Positions 12,001 through 27,300 of a stretch of 64,000 bases of DNA are shown in pieces. The position numbers and the translations under genes were made by a program. This DNA is from Eledone cirrhosa (Eukaryota). The DNA is taken from NCBI GenBank assembly GCA_964016885.1, contig OZ024742.1, positions 168,392,001 through 168,456,000 of the forward strand, given 5' to 3'. Each line of letters begins with the position of its first letter. Position 1 is the stretch's first letter. A model generated the notes under the pieces. It did no database searches. It was not told where the DNA came from and saw only the letters and a program-made list of their open reading frames with translations.

Positions 12001-15000
12001 AAAAAAATCCATTAAAAAAAACCCATTAAAAAAATCCATTAAAAAAATCCATTTAAAAAATCCATTAAAAAAAATCCATTAAAAAAAATCCATAAAAAAA
12101 TCCATTAAAAAAATCCATTAAAAATCCATTAAAAAAAATCCATTTAAAAAAGCCATTAAAAAATCCATTAAAAATCCATTAAAAATCCATTTAAAAAACC
12201 CATTAAAAAATCCATTAAAAAAATCCATTTAAAAAATCCATTAAAAAAAATCCATTTAAAAAAACCCATTTAAAAAAATCCATTAAAAAAATCCATTTAA
12301 AAAATCCATTAAAAAAAATCCATTAAAAAAATCCATAAAAAAAATCCATTAAAAAAAATCCATTAAAAAAAAATCCGTTAAAAAAAATCCATTAAAAACT
12401 AAATCAAAAACCCAATTAAAAGGCCATAAAAGAAACATTAAAACAGCATTTAAAATACCATTAAAAACGCCATAAAAAATCATTAAAATTGTTTTTTATG
12501 AAATTTATAATATGGCTTTTAATGAATTTTTTAATGGGCTTTTAGAATCATTAAAATCCCATTAAAAATACATTAAAGGCCCATTAAAAACGCCATAAAA
12601 AATCCATTAAAAAAATCCATTAAAAAAAACTCAATCAAAAACACATAAAAGAAACATTAAAACAGCATTTAAAAAATCCATTAAAAATCCATTAAAAAAA
12701 AATCCATTAAAAAAATCCATTAAAAATCCATTAAAAAAATCCATTTAAAAAAATCCATTAAAAAATCCATTAAAAACCCATTAAAAATCCATTAAAAATC
12801 CATTAAAAATCCATTAAAAAATCCATTTAAAAAACCCATTAAAAAAATCCATTAAAAAATCCATTTAAAAATCCATTAAAAAAAATCCATTTAAAAAAAC
12901 CCATTAAAAAAAATCCATTAAAAAAATCCATTTAAAAAATCCATAAAAAAAAATCCATAAAAAAAATCCATTAAAAAAAATCCATTAAAAAAAAATTCAA
13001 TCAAAAACCCATAAAAGAAACATTAAAACAGCATTTAAAAAACCCATTAAAAATTCATTAAAAAAATCCATTTAAAAAATCCATTAAAAATCCATTAAAA
13101 ATCCATTAAAAATCCATTAAAAATCCATTAAAAATCCATTAAAAATAATCCATTAAAAAAAAATTCAATCAAAAACCCATAAAAGAAACATTAAAACAGC
13201 ATTTAAAAAATCCATTAAAAAAATCCATTTAAAAAAATCCATTAAAAAAGCCATTAAAAATCCATTAAAAAAATCCATTTAAAAAAATCCATTAAAAATC
13301 CATTAAAAACCCATTAAAAATCCATTAAAAATCCATTAAAAATCCATTAAAAAATCCATTTAAAAAACCCATTAAAAAAATCCATTAAAAAATCCATTTA
13401 AAAATCCAGTAAAAAAAATCCATTTAAAAAAACCCATTAAAAAAAATCCATTAAAAAAATCCATTTAAAAAATCCATAAAAAAAAATCCATAAAAAAAAT
13501 CCATTAAAAAAAATCCATTACAAAAAAAATCCGTTAAAAAAAATCCATTAAAAATCCATTAAAAATCCATTAAAAATCCATTAAAAATCCATTTAAAATC
13601 CATTTAAAAAAATCCATTAAAAAAATCCATTAAAAAAATCCATTTAAAAAATCCATTAAAAAAAATCCATTAAAAAAAAATCCATTAAAAAAAATCCATT
13701 AAAAAAAATCAATTTAAAAAAATCCATTAAAAATCCATTAAAAAAATCCATTTAAAAAAATCCATTAAAAACCCATTAAAAATCCATTAAAAATCCATTA
13801 AAAAATCCATTTAAAAAAACCATTAAAAAAAATCCATTAAAAAAATCCATTTAAAAAATCCATTAAAAAAAAATCCATTAAAAAAAACCCATTAAAAAAA
13901 ATCCATTAAAAAAATCCATTTAAAAAATCCATTAAAAAAAATCCATTAAAAAAAACTCAATCAAAAACCCATAAAAGAAACATTAAAACAGCATTTAAAA
14001 AATCCATTAAAAAAATCCATTTAAAAAATCCATTAAAAAAAATCCATTTAAAAAAACCCATTTAAAAAAATCCATTAAAAAAATCCATTTAAAAAATCCA
14101 TTAAAAAAAATCCATTAAAAAAATCCATAAAAAAAATCCATTAAAAAAAATCCATTAAAAAAAAATCCGTTAAAAAAAATCCATTAAAAACTCAATCAAA
14201 AACCCAATTAAAAGGCCATAAAAGAAACATTAAAACAGCATTTAAAATACCATTAAAAACGCCATAAAAAATCATTAAAATTGTTTTTTATGAAATTTAT
14301 AATATGGCTTTTAATGAATTTTTTAATGGGCTTTTAGAATCATTAAAATCCCATTAAAAATACATTAAAGGCCCATTAAAAACGCCATAAAAAATCCATT
14401 AAAAAAATCCATTAAAAAAAAACTCAATCAAAAACACATAAAAGAAACATTAAAACAGCATTTAAAAAATCCATTAAAAATCCATTAAAAAAAAATCCAT
14501 TAAAAAAATCCATTAAAAATCCATTAAAAAAATCCATTTAAAAAAATCCATTAAAAAATCCATTAAAAACCCATTAAAAATCCATTAAAAATCCATTAAA
14601 AATCCATTAAAAAATCCATTTAAAAAACCCATTAAAAAAATCCATTAAAAAATCCATTTAAAAATCCATTAAAAAAAATCCATTTAAAAAAACCCATTAA
14701 AAAAAATCCATTAAAAAAATCCATTTAAAAAATCCATAAAAAAAAATCCATAAAAAAAATCCATTAAAAAAAATCCATTAAAAAAAAAATCCGTTAAAAA
14801 AAATCCATTAAAAATCCATTAAAAATCCATTAAAAATCCATTAAAAATCCATTAAAAATCCATTAAAAATCCATTAAAAATCCATTTAAAAAAATCCATT
14901 AAAAAAATCCATTAAAAAAATCCATTTAAAAAATCCATTAAAAAAAATCCATTAAAAAAAAATCCATTAAAAAAAATCCATTAAAAAAAATCAATTTAAA

Positions 15001-15390
15001 AAAATCCATTAAAAATCCATTAAAAAAATCCATTTAAAAAAATCCATTAAAAACCCATTAAAAATCCATTAAAAATCTATTAAAAAATCCATTTAAAAAA
15101 ACCATTAAAAAAAATCCAATAAAAAAATCCATTTAAAAAATCCATTAAAAAAAAATCCATTAAAAAAATCCATTTAAAAAATCCATTAAAAAAAATCCAT
15201 TAAAAAAAACTCAATCAAAAACCCATAAAAGAAACATTAAAACAGCATTTAAAAAATCCATTAAAAATCCATTAAAAGAATCCATTTAAAAAATCCATTA
15301 AAAAATCCATTAAAAATCCATTAAAAATCCATTAAAAAATCCATTTAAAAAAATCCATTAAAAAAATCCTTTAAAAAATCCATTTAAAAA

Positions 15391-18300
15391 TCCATTTAAA
15401 AAATCCATTAAAAAAAATCCATTAAAAAAAACCATTAAAAAATCCATTAAAAAAAATCCCATTAAAAATACATTAAAAATCCATTAAAAATCCATTAAAA
15501 AATCCATTAAAAATCCATTAAAAATCCATTAAAAATCCATTAAAAAATCCATTAAAAAAAATCCATTAAAAAAATCCATTAAAAAATCCATTTAAAAAAT
15601 CCATTTAAAAAAATCCATTAAAAAAAATCCATTAAAAAAAATCCATTAAAAAAAATCCATTAAAAAAAAAATCCGTTAAAAAAAATCCATTAAAAACTCA
15701 ATCAAACACCCAATTAAAAGGCCATAAAAGAAACATTAAAACAGCATTTAAAATACCATTAAAAACGCCATAAAAAATCATTAAAATTGTTTTTTATGAA
15801 ATTTATAATATGGCTTTTAATGAACTTTTTAATGGGCTTTTAGAATCATTAAAATCCCATTAAAAATACATTAAAGGCCCATTAAAAACGCCATAAAAAA
15901 TCCATTAAAAAATATCCATTAAAAAAAAATTCAATCAAAAACCCATAAAAGAAACATTAAAACAGCATTTAAAAAACCCATTAAAAATTCATTAAAAAAA
16001 TCCATTTAAAAAATCCATTAAAAATCCATTAAAAATCCATTAAAAATCCATTAAAAATCCATTAAAAATCCATTAAAAATAATCCATTAAAAAAAAATTC
16101 AATCAAAAACCCATAAAAGAAACATTAAAACAGCATTTAAAAAATCCATTAAAAAAATCCATTTAAAAAAATCCATTAAAAAAGCCATTAAAAATCCATT
16201 AAAAATCCATTAAAAAAATCCATTAAAAAAAAATCCATTAAAAAAAATCCATTAAAAATCCATTAAAAAAATCCATTTAAAAAAATCCATTAAAAATCCA
16301 TTAAAAACCCATTAAAAATCCATTAAAAATCCATTAAAAATCCATTAAAAAATCCATTTAAAAAACCCATTAAAAAAATCCATTAAAAAATCCATTTAAA
16401 AATCCAGTAAAAAAAATCCATTTAAAAAAACCCATTAAAAAAATCCATTAAAAAAATCCATTTAAAAAATCCATAAAAAAAAATCCATAAAAAAAATCCA
16501 TTAAAAAAAATCCATTAAAAAAAAAATCCGTTAAAAAAAATCCATTAAAAATCCATTAAAAATCCATTAAAAATCCATTAAAAATCCATTAAAAATCCAT
16601 TTAAAAAAATCCATTAAAAAAATCCATTAAAAAAATCCATTTAAAAAATCCATTAAAAAAAATCCATTAAAAAAAAATCCATTAAAAAAAATCCATTAAA
16701 AAAAATCAATTTAAAAAAATCCATTAAAAATCCATTAAAAAAATCCATTTAAAAAAATCCATTAAAAACCCATTAAAAATCCATTAAAAATCCATTAAAA
16801 AATCCATTTAAAAAAACCATTAAAAAAAATCCATTAAAAAAATCCATTTAAAAAATCCATTAAAAAAAAATCCATTAAAAAAAACCCATAAAAAAAAATC
16901 CATTAAAAAAATCCATTTAAAAAATCCATTAAAAAAAATCCATTAAAAAAAACTCAATCAAAAACCCATAAAAGAAACATTAAAACAGCATTTAAAAAAT
17001 CCATTAAAAATCCATTAAAAAAATCCATTTAAAAAATCCATTAAAAAATCCATTAAAAATCCATTAAAAATCCATTAAAAAATCCATTTAAAAAAATCCA
17101 TTGAAAAAATCCATTTAAAAAATCCATTAAAAAATCCATTTAAAAAATCCATTAAAAAAAATCCATTAAAAAAAACCATTAAAAAATCCATTAAAAAAAA
17201 TCCCATTAAAAATACATTAAAGGCCCATTAAAAACGCCATAAAAAATCCATTAAAAAAATCCATTAAAAAAAAACTCAATCAAAAACCCATAAAAGAAAC
17301 ATTAAAACAGCATTTAAAAAATCCATTAAAAAAATCCATTTAAAAAAATCCATTAAAAAATCCATTAATAATCCATTAAAAATCCATTAAAAATCCATTA
17401 AAAATCCATTAAAAAATCCATTAAAAATCCATTAAAAATCCATTAAAAATCCATTAAAAAATCCATTTAAAAAAATCCAATAAAAAAATCCATTAAAAAA
17501 TCCATTTAAAAAATCCATTTAAAAAAATCCATTAAAAAAAATCCATTAAAAAAAAATCCATTAAAAAAAATCCATTAAAAAAAAATCCGTTAAAAAAAAT
17601 CCATTAAAAACTCAATCAAACACCCAATTAAAAGGCCATAAAAGAAACATTAAAACAGCATTTAAAATACCATTAAAAACGCCATAAAAAATCATTAAAA
17701 TTGTTTTTTATGAAATTTATAATATGGCTTTTAATGAACTTTTTAATGGGCTTTTAGAATCATTAAAATCCCATTAAAAATACATTAAAGGCCATAAAAA
17801 ATCCATTAAAAAAAATCCATTAAAAAAAAATTCAATCAAAAACCCATAAAAGAAACATTAAAACAACATTTAAAAAACCCATTAAAAATTCATTAAAAAA
17901 ATCCATTTAAAAAATCCATTAAAAATCCATTAAAAATCCATTAAAAATCCATTAAAAATCCATTAAAAATCCATTAAAAATAATCCATTAAAAAAAAATT
18001 CAATCAAAAACCCATAAAAGAAACATTAAAACAGCATTTAAAAAATCCATTAAAAAAAATCCATTAAAAAAGCCATTAAAAATCCATTAAAAATCCATTA
18101 AAAAAAAATCCATTAAAAAAATCCATTAAAAATCCATTAAAAAAATCCATTTAAAAAAATCCATTAAAAAATCCATTAAAAATCCATTAAAAATCCATTA
18201 AAAAATCCATTTAAAAAACCCATTAAAAAAATCCATTTAAAAAATCCATTTAAAAAATCCATTAAAAAAAATCCATTTAAAAAAACCCATTAAAAAAAAT

Positions 18301-21300
18301 CCATTAAGAAAATCCATTTAAAAAATCCATTAAAAAAAATCCATTAAAAAAAATCCATTAAAAAAAATCCATTAAAAAAAAATCCGTTAAAAAAAATCCA
18401 TTAAAAAAAAATCCGTTAAAAAAATCCATTAAAAGCTCAATCCCATTAAAAACGCCATAAAAATCATTAAAATCCAATTAAAGATACATTAAAGGCCCAT
18501 TAAAAACGCCATAAAAAATCCATTAAAAAAATCCATTAAAAAAACTCAATCAAAAACCCATAAAAGAAACATTAAAACAGCATTTAAAAAATCCATTAAA
18601 AATCCATTAAAAAAATCCATTTAATAAAATCCATTAAAAAATCCATTAAAAATCCATTAAAAATCCATTAAAAATCCATTAAAAATCCATTAAAAATCCA
18701 TTAAAAAACCCATTTAAAAAAATCCATTAAAAAAATCCATTAAAAAAATCCATTAAAAAAAGCCATTAAAAAAATCCATTTAAAAAAAGCCATTAAAAAA
18801 ATCCATTAAAAAAAAATCCATTAAAAATCCATTAAAAAAATCCATTTAAAAAAATCCATTAAAAACCCATTAAAAATCCATTAAAAAATCCATTAAAAAA
18901 CCCATTAAAAAAAATCCATTAGAAAAATCCATTTAAAAAATCCATTAAAAAAAAATCCATTTAAAAAACCCATTAAAAAAAATCCATTAAAAAAATCCAT
19001 TTAAAAAATCCATTAAAAAAATCCATTAAAAAAATCCATTTAAAAAATCCATAAAAAAAACCCATTAAAAAAAATCCATTAAAAAAAAATCCATTAAAAA
19101 AAATCCATTAAAAAAAATCCATTAAAAATCCATTAAAAAAAATCCATTTAAAAAAAATTCATTAAAAAATCCATTAAAAATCCATTAAAAATCCATTTAA
19201 AAAAATCCATTTAAAAAATCCATTTAAAAAACCCATTACAAAAAATACATTAAAAAAAATCCATAAAAAAAAAAGCCATTAAAAAAAATCCATTAAAAAA
19301 AATCTATTAAAAATCCATTAAAAATCCATTAAAAATCCATTAAAAAGCCATTAAAAATCCATTAAAATCCATTAAAAATCCATTAAAAATCCATTAAAAA
19401 TCCATTAAAAATCCATTAAAAAATCCATTTAAAAAAATCCATTAAAAAATCCATTAAAAAATCCATTTAAAAAATCCATTAAAAAAATCCATTAAAAAAA
19501 ATCCATTAAAAAAAAAATCCATTAAAAAAAATCAATTTAAAAAAATCCATTAAAAATCCATTAAAAAAATCCATTTAAAAAAATCCATTAAAAACCCATT
19601 AAAAACCCATTAAAAATCCATTAAAAATCCATTTAAAAAACCCATTAAAAAAAATCCATTAAAAAAAATCCATTTAAAAAATCCATTAAAAAAAATCCAT
19701 TAAAAAAACCCATTAAAAAAATCCATTAAAAAAATCCATTTAAAAAATCCATTAAAAAAAATTCATTAAAAAAAAATCCATAAAAAAATCCATTAAAAAA
19801 ATCCATTTAAAAAAATCCATTAAAAAAAATCCATTAAAAATCCATTAAAAAAATCCATTAAAAAAAATCCATTAAAAAATCCATTAAAAAACCCATTAAA
19901 AATCCATTAAAAATCCATTAAAAATCCATTTAAAAAACCCATTAAAAAAATCCATTTAAAAAACCCATTAAAAAAAGCCATTAAAAAATCCATTTAAAAA
20001 ATCCATTAAAAAAAATCCATTTAAAACAACCCATTAAAAAAAATCCATTAAAAAAACCCATTAAAAAAATCCATTAAAAAAATCCATTTAAAAAATCCAT
20101 TAAAAAAAATCCATTAAAAAAAATCCATAAAAAAATCCATTAAAAAAATCCATTAAAAATCCATTAAAAAAAATCCATTTAAAAAAGCCATTAAAAAATC
20201 CATTAAAAATCCATTAAAAATCCATTTAAAAAACCCATTAAAAAATCCATTAAAAAAATCCATTTAAAAAATCCATTAAAAAAAATCCATTTAAAAAAAC
20301 CCATTTAAAAAAATCCATTAAAAAAATCCATTTAAAAAATCCATTAAAAAAAATCCATTAAAAAAAATCCGTTAAAAAAAATCCATTAAAAACTCAATCA
20401 AAAACCCAATTAAAAGGCCATAAAAGAAACATTAAAACAGCATTTAAAATACCATTAAAAACGCCATAAAAAATCATTAAAATTGTTTTTTATGAAATTT
20501 ATAATATGGCTTTTAATGAATTTTTTAATGGGCTTTTAGAAACATTAAAATCCCATTAAAAATACATTAAAGGCCCATTAAAAACGCCATAAAAAATCCA
20601 TTAAAAAAATCAATTAAAAAAAAACTCAATCAAAAACACATAAAAGAAACATTAAAACAGCATTTAAAAAATCCATTAAAAATCCATTAAAAAAAAATCC
20701 ATTAAAAAAATCCATTAAAAATCCATTAAAAAAATCCATTTAAAAAAATCCATTAAAAAATCCATTAAAAACCCATTAAAAATCCATTAAAAATCCATTA
20801 AAAATCCATTAAAAAATCCATTTAAAAAACCCATTAAAAAAATCCATTAAAAAATCCATTTAAAAATCCATTAAAAAAAATCCATTTAAAAAAACCCATT
20901 AAAAAAAATCCATTAAAAAAATCCATTTAAAAAATCCATAAAAAAAAATCCATAAAAAAAATCCATTAAAAAAAATCCATTAAAAAAAAATTCAATCAAA
21001 AACCCATAAAAGAAACATTAAAACAGCATTTAAAAAACCCATTAAAAATTCATTAAAAAAATCCATTTAAAAAATCCATTAAAAATCCATTAAAAATCCA
21101 TTAAAAATCCATTAAAAATCCATTAAAAATCCATTAAAAATAATCCATTAAAAAAAAATTCAATCAAAAACCCATAAAAGAAACATTAAAACAGCATTTA
21201 AAAAATCCATTAAAAAAATCCATTTAAAAAAATCCATTAAAAAAGCCATTAAAAATCCATTAAAAATCCATTAAAAAAATCCATTTAAAAAAATCCATTA

Positions 21301-24300
21301 AAAATCCATTAAAAACCCATTAAAAATCCATTAAAAATCCATTAAAAATCCATTAAAAAATCCATTTAAAAAACCCATTAAAAAAATCCATTAAAAAATC
21401 CATTTAAAAATCCAGTAAAAAAAATCCATTTAAAAAAACCCATTAAAAAAAATCCATTAAAAAAATCCATTTAAAAAATCCATAAAAAAAAATCCATAAA
21501 AAAAATCCATTAAAAAAAATCCATTACAAAAAAAATCCGTTAAAAAAAATCCATTAAAAATCCATTAAAAATCCATTAAAAATCCATTAAAAATCCATTA
21601 AAAATCCATTTAAAAAAATCCATTAAAAAAATCCATTAAAAAAATCCATTTAAAAAATCCATTAAAAAAAATCCATTAAAAAAAAATCCATTAAAAAAAA
21701 TCCATTAAAAAAATCAATTTAAAAAAATCCATTAAAAATCCATTAAAAAAATCCATTTAAAAAAATCCATTAAAAACCCATTAAAAATCCATTAAAAATC
21801 CATTAAAAAATCCATTTAAAAAAACCATTAAAAAAAATCCATTAAAAAAATCCATTTAAAAAATCCATTAAAAAAAAATCCATTAAAAAAAACCCATTAA
21901 AAAAAATCCATTAAAAAAATCCATTTAAAAAATCCATTAAAAAAAATCCATTAAAAAAAACTCAATCAAAAACCCATAAAAGAAACATTAAAACAGCATT
22001 TAAAAAATCCATTAAAAAAATCCATTTAAAAAATCCATTAAAAAAAATCCATTTAAAAAAACCCATTTAAAAAAATCCATTAAAAAAATCCATTTAAAAA
22101 ATCCATTAAAAAAAATCCATTAAAAAAATCCATAAAAAAAATCCATTAAAAAAAATCCATTAAAAAAAAATCCGTTAAAAAAAATCCATTAAAAACTCAA
22201 TCAAAAACCCAATTAAAAGGCCATAAAAGAAACATTAAAACAGCATTTAAAATACCATTAAAAACGCCATAAAAAATCATTAAAATTGTTTTTTATGAAA
22301 TTTATAATATGGCTTTTAATGAATTTTTTAATGGGCTTTTAGAATCATTAAAATCCCATTAAAAATACATTAAAGGCCCATTAAAAACGCCATAAAAAAT
22401 CCATTAAAAAAATCCATTAAAAAAAAACTCAATCAAAAACACATAAAAGAAACATTAAAACAGCATTTAAAAAATCCATTAAAAATCCATTAAAAAAAAA
22501 TCCATTAAAAAAATCCATTAAAAATCCATTAAAAAAATCCATTTAAAAAAATCCATTAAAAAATCCATTAAAAACCCATTAAAAATCCATTAAAAATCCA
22601 TTAAAAATCCATTAAAAAATCCATTTAAAAAACCCATTAAAAAAAATCCATTAAAAAAATCCATTTAAAAAATCCATAAAAAAAAATCCATAAAAAAAAT
22701 CCATTAAAAAAAATCCATTAAAAAAAAAATCCGTTAAAAAAAATCCATTAAAAATCCATTAAAAATCCATTAAAAATCCATTAAAAATCCATTAAAAATC
22801 CATTAAAAATCCATTAAAAATCCATTTAAAAAAATCCATTAAAAAAATCCATTAAAAAAATCCATTTAAAAAATCCATTAAAAAAAATCCATTAAAAAAA
22901 AATCCATTAAAAAAAATCCATTAAAAAAAATCAATTTAAAAAAATCCATTAAAAATCCATTAAAAAAATCCATTTAAAAAAATCCATTAAAAACCCATTA
23001 AAAATCCATTAAAAATCTATTAAAAAATCCATTTAAAAAAACCATTAAAAAAAATCCAATAAAAAAATCCATTTAAAAAATCCATTAAAAAAAAATCCAT
23101 TAAAAAAATCCATTTAAAAAATCCATTAAAAAAAATCCATTAAAAAAAACTCAATCAAAAACCCATAAAAGAAACATTAAAACAGCATTTAAAAAATCCA
23201 TTAAAAATCCATTAAAAGAATCCATTTAAAAAATCCATTAAAAAATCCATTAAAAATCCATTAAAAATCCATTAAAAAATCCATTTAAAAAAATCCATTA
23301 AAAAAATCCTTTAAAAAATCCATTTAAAAATCCATTTAAAAAATCCATTAAAAAAAATCCATTAAAAAAAACCATTAAAAAATCCATTAAAAAAAATCCC
23401 ATTAAAAATACATTAAAAATCCATTAAAAATCCATTAAAAAATCCATTAAAAATCCATTAAAAATCCATTAAAAATCCATTAAAAAATCCATTAAAAAAA
23501 ATCCATTAAAAAAATCCATTAAAAAATCCATTTAAAAAATCCATTTAAAAAAATCCATTAAAAAAAATCCATTAAAAAAAATCCATTAAAAAAAATCCAT
23601 TAAAAAAAAAATCCGTTAAAAAAAATCCATTAAAAACTCAATCAAACACCCAATTAAAAGGCCATAAAAGAAACATTAAAACAGCATTTAAAATACCATT
23701 AAAAACGCCATAAAAAATCATTAAAATTGTTTTTTATGAAATTTATAATATGGCTTTTAATGAACTTTTTAATGGGCTTTTAGAATCATTAAAATCCCAT
23801 TAAAAATACATTAAAGGCCCATTAAAAACGCCATAAAAAATCCATTAAAAAATATCCATTAAAAAAAAATTCAATCAAAAACCCATAAAAGAAACATTAA
23901 AACAGCATTTAAAAAACCCATTAAAAATTCATTAAAAAAATCCATTTAAAAAATCCATTAAAAATCCATTAAAAATCCATTAAAAATACATTAAAAATCC
24001 ATTAAAAATCCATTAAAAATAATCCATTAAAAAAAAATTCAATCAAAAACCCATAAAAGAAACATTAAAACAGCATTTAAAAAATCCATTAAAAAAATCC
24101 ATTTAAAAAAATCCATTAAAAAAGCCATTAAAAATCCATTAAAAATCCATTAAAAAAATCCATTAAAAAAAAATCCATTAAAAAAAATCCATTAAAAATC
24201 CATTAAAAAAATCCATTTAAAAAAATCCATTAAAAATCCATTAAAAACCCATTAAAAATCCATTAAAAATCCATTAAAAATCCATTAAAAAATCCATTTA

Positions 24301-27300
24301 AAAAACCCATTAAAAAAATCCATTAAAAAATCCATTTAAAAATCCAGTAAAAAAAATCCATTTAAAAAAACCCATTAAAAAAAATCCATTAAAAAAATCC
24401 ATTTAAAAAATCCATAAAAAAAAATCCATAAAAAAAATCCATTAAAAAAAATCCATTAAAAAAAAAATCCGTTAAAAAAAATCCATTAAAAATCCATTAA
24501 AAATCCATTAAAAATCCATTAAAAATCCATTAAAAATCCATTTAAAAAAATCCATTAAAAAAATCCATTAAAAAAATCCATTTAAAAAATCCATTAAAAA
24601 AAATCCATTAAAAAAAAATCCATTAAAAAAAATCCATTAAAAAAAATCAATTTAAAAAAATCCATTAAAAATCCATTAAAAAAATCCATTTAAAAAAATC
24701 CATTAAAAACCCATTAAAAATCCATTAAAAATCCATTAAAAAATCCATTTAAAAAAACCATTAAAAAAAATCCATTAAAAAAATCCATTTAAAAAATCCA
24801 TTAAAAAAAAATCCATTAAAAAAAACCCATAAAAAAAAATCCATTAAAAAAATCCATTTAAAAAATCCATTAAAAAAAATCCATTAAAAAAAACTCAATC
24901 AAAAACCCATAAAAGAAACATTAAAACAGCATTTAAAAAATCCATTAAAAATCCATTAAAAAAATCCATTTAAAAAATCCATTAAAAAATCCATTAAAAA
25001 TCCATTAAAAATCCATTAAAAAATCCATTTAAAAAAATCCATTGAAAAAATCCATTTAAAAAATCCATTAAAAAATCCATTTAAAAAATCCATTAAAAAA
25101 AATCCATTAAAAAAAAACCATTAAAAAATCCATTAAAAAAAATCCCATTAAAAATACATTAAAGGCCCATTAAAAACGCCATAAAAAATCCATTAAAAAA
25201 ATCCATTAAAAAAAAACTCAATCAAAAACCCATAAAAGAAACATTAAAACAGCATTTAAAAAATCCATTAAAAAAATCCATTTAAAAAAATCCATTAAAA
25301 AATCCATTAATAATCCATTAAAAATCCATTAAAAATCCATTAAAAATCCATTAAAAAATCCATTAAAAATCCATTAAAAATCCATTAAAAATCCATTAAA
25401 AAATCCATTTAAAAAAATCCATTAAAAAAATCCATTAAAAAATCCATTTAAAAAATCCATTTAAAAAAATCCATTAAAAAAAATCCATTAAAAAAAAATC
25501 CATTAAAAAAAATCCATTAAAAAAAAAATCCGTTAAAAAAAATCCATTAAAAACTCAATCAAACACCCAATTAAAAGGCCATAAAAGAAACATTAAAACA
25601 GCATTTAAAATACCATTAAAAACGCCATAAAAAATCATTAAAATTGTTTTTTATGAAATTTATAATATGGCTTTTAATGAACTTTTTAATGGGCTTTTAG
25701 AATCATTAAAATCCCATTAAAAATACATTAAAGGCCATAAAAAATCCATTAAAAAAAATCCATTAAAAAAAAATTCAATCAAAAACCCATAAAAGAAACA
25801 TTAAAACAGCATTTAAAAAACCCATTAAAAATTCATTAAAAAAATCCATTTAAAAAATCCATTAAAAATCCATTAAAAATCCATTAAAAATCCATTAAAA
25901 ATCCATTAAAAATAATCCATTAAAAAAAAATTCAATCAAAAACCCATAAAAGAAACATTAAAACAGCATTTAAAAAATCCATTAAAAAAAATCCATTTAA
26001 AAAAATCCATTAAAAAAGCCATTAAAAATCCATTAAAAATCCATTAAAAAAAATCCATTAAAAAAATCCATTAAAAAAATCCATTAAAAAAAGCCATTAA
26101 AAAAATCCATTTAAAAAAAGCCATTAAAAAAATCCATTAAAAAAAAATCCATTAAAAATCCATTAAAAAAATCCATTTAAAAAAATCCATTAAAAACCCA
26201 TTAAAAATCCATTAAAAAATCCATTAAAAAACCCATTAAAAAAAATCCATTAGAAAAATCCATTTAAAAAATCCATTAAAAAAAATCCATTTAAAAAACC
26301 CATTAAAAAAAATCCATTAAAAAAATCCATTTAAAAATCCATTTAAAAAATCCATTAAAAAAATCCATTTAAAAAATCCATAAAAAAAAACCATTAAAAA
26401 AAATCCATTAAAAAAAAATCCATTAAAAAAAATCCATTAAAAAAAATCCATTAAAAATCCATTAAAAAAAATCCATTTAAAAAAAATTCATTAAAAAATC
26501 CATTAAAAATCCATTAAAAATCCATTTAAAAAAATCCATTTAAAAAATCCATTTAAAAAACCCATTACAAAAAATACATTAAAAAAAATCCATAAAAAAA
26601 AAAGCCATTAAAAAAAATCCATTAAAAAAAATCTATTAAAAATCCATTAAAAATCCATTAAAAATCCATTAAAAATCCATTAAAAATCCATTAAAAATCC
26701 ATTAAAAAGCCATTAAAAATCCATTAAAATCCATTAAAAATCCATTAAAAATCCATTAAAAATCCATTAAAAATCCATTTAAAAATCCATTTAAAAAAAT
26801 CCATTAAAAAATCCATTAAAAAATCCATTTAAAAAATCCATTAAAAAAATCCATTAAAAAAAATCCATTAAAAAAAAAATCCATTAAAAAAAATCAATTT
26901 AAAAAAATCCATTAAAAATCCATTAAAAAAATCCATTTAAAAAAATCCATTAAAAACCCATTAAAAACCCATTAAAAATCCATTAAAAATCCATTAAAAA
27001 AACCCATTAAAAAAAATCCATTAAAAAAAATCCATTTAAAAAATCCATTTAAAAAAATCCATTAAAAAAACCCATTAAAAAAATCCATTAAAAAAATCCA
27101 TTTAAAAAATCCATTAAAAAAAATTCATTAAAAAAAAATCCATAAAAAAATCCATTAAAAAAATCCATTTAAAAAAATCCATTAAAAAAAATCCATTAAA
27201 AATCCATTAAAAAAATCCATTAAAAAAAATCCATTAAAAAATCCATTAAAAAACCCATTAAAAATCCATTAAAAATCCATTAAAAATCCATAAAAAATCC

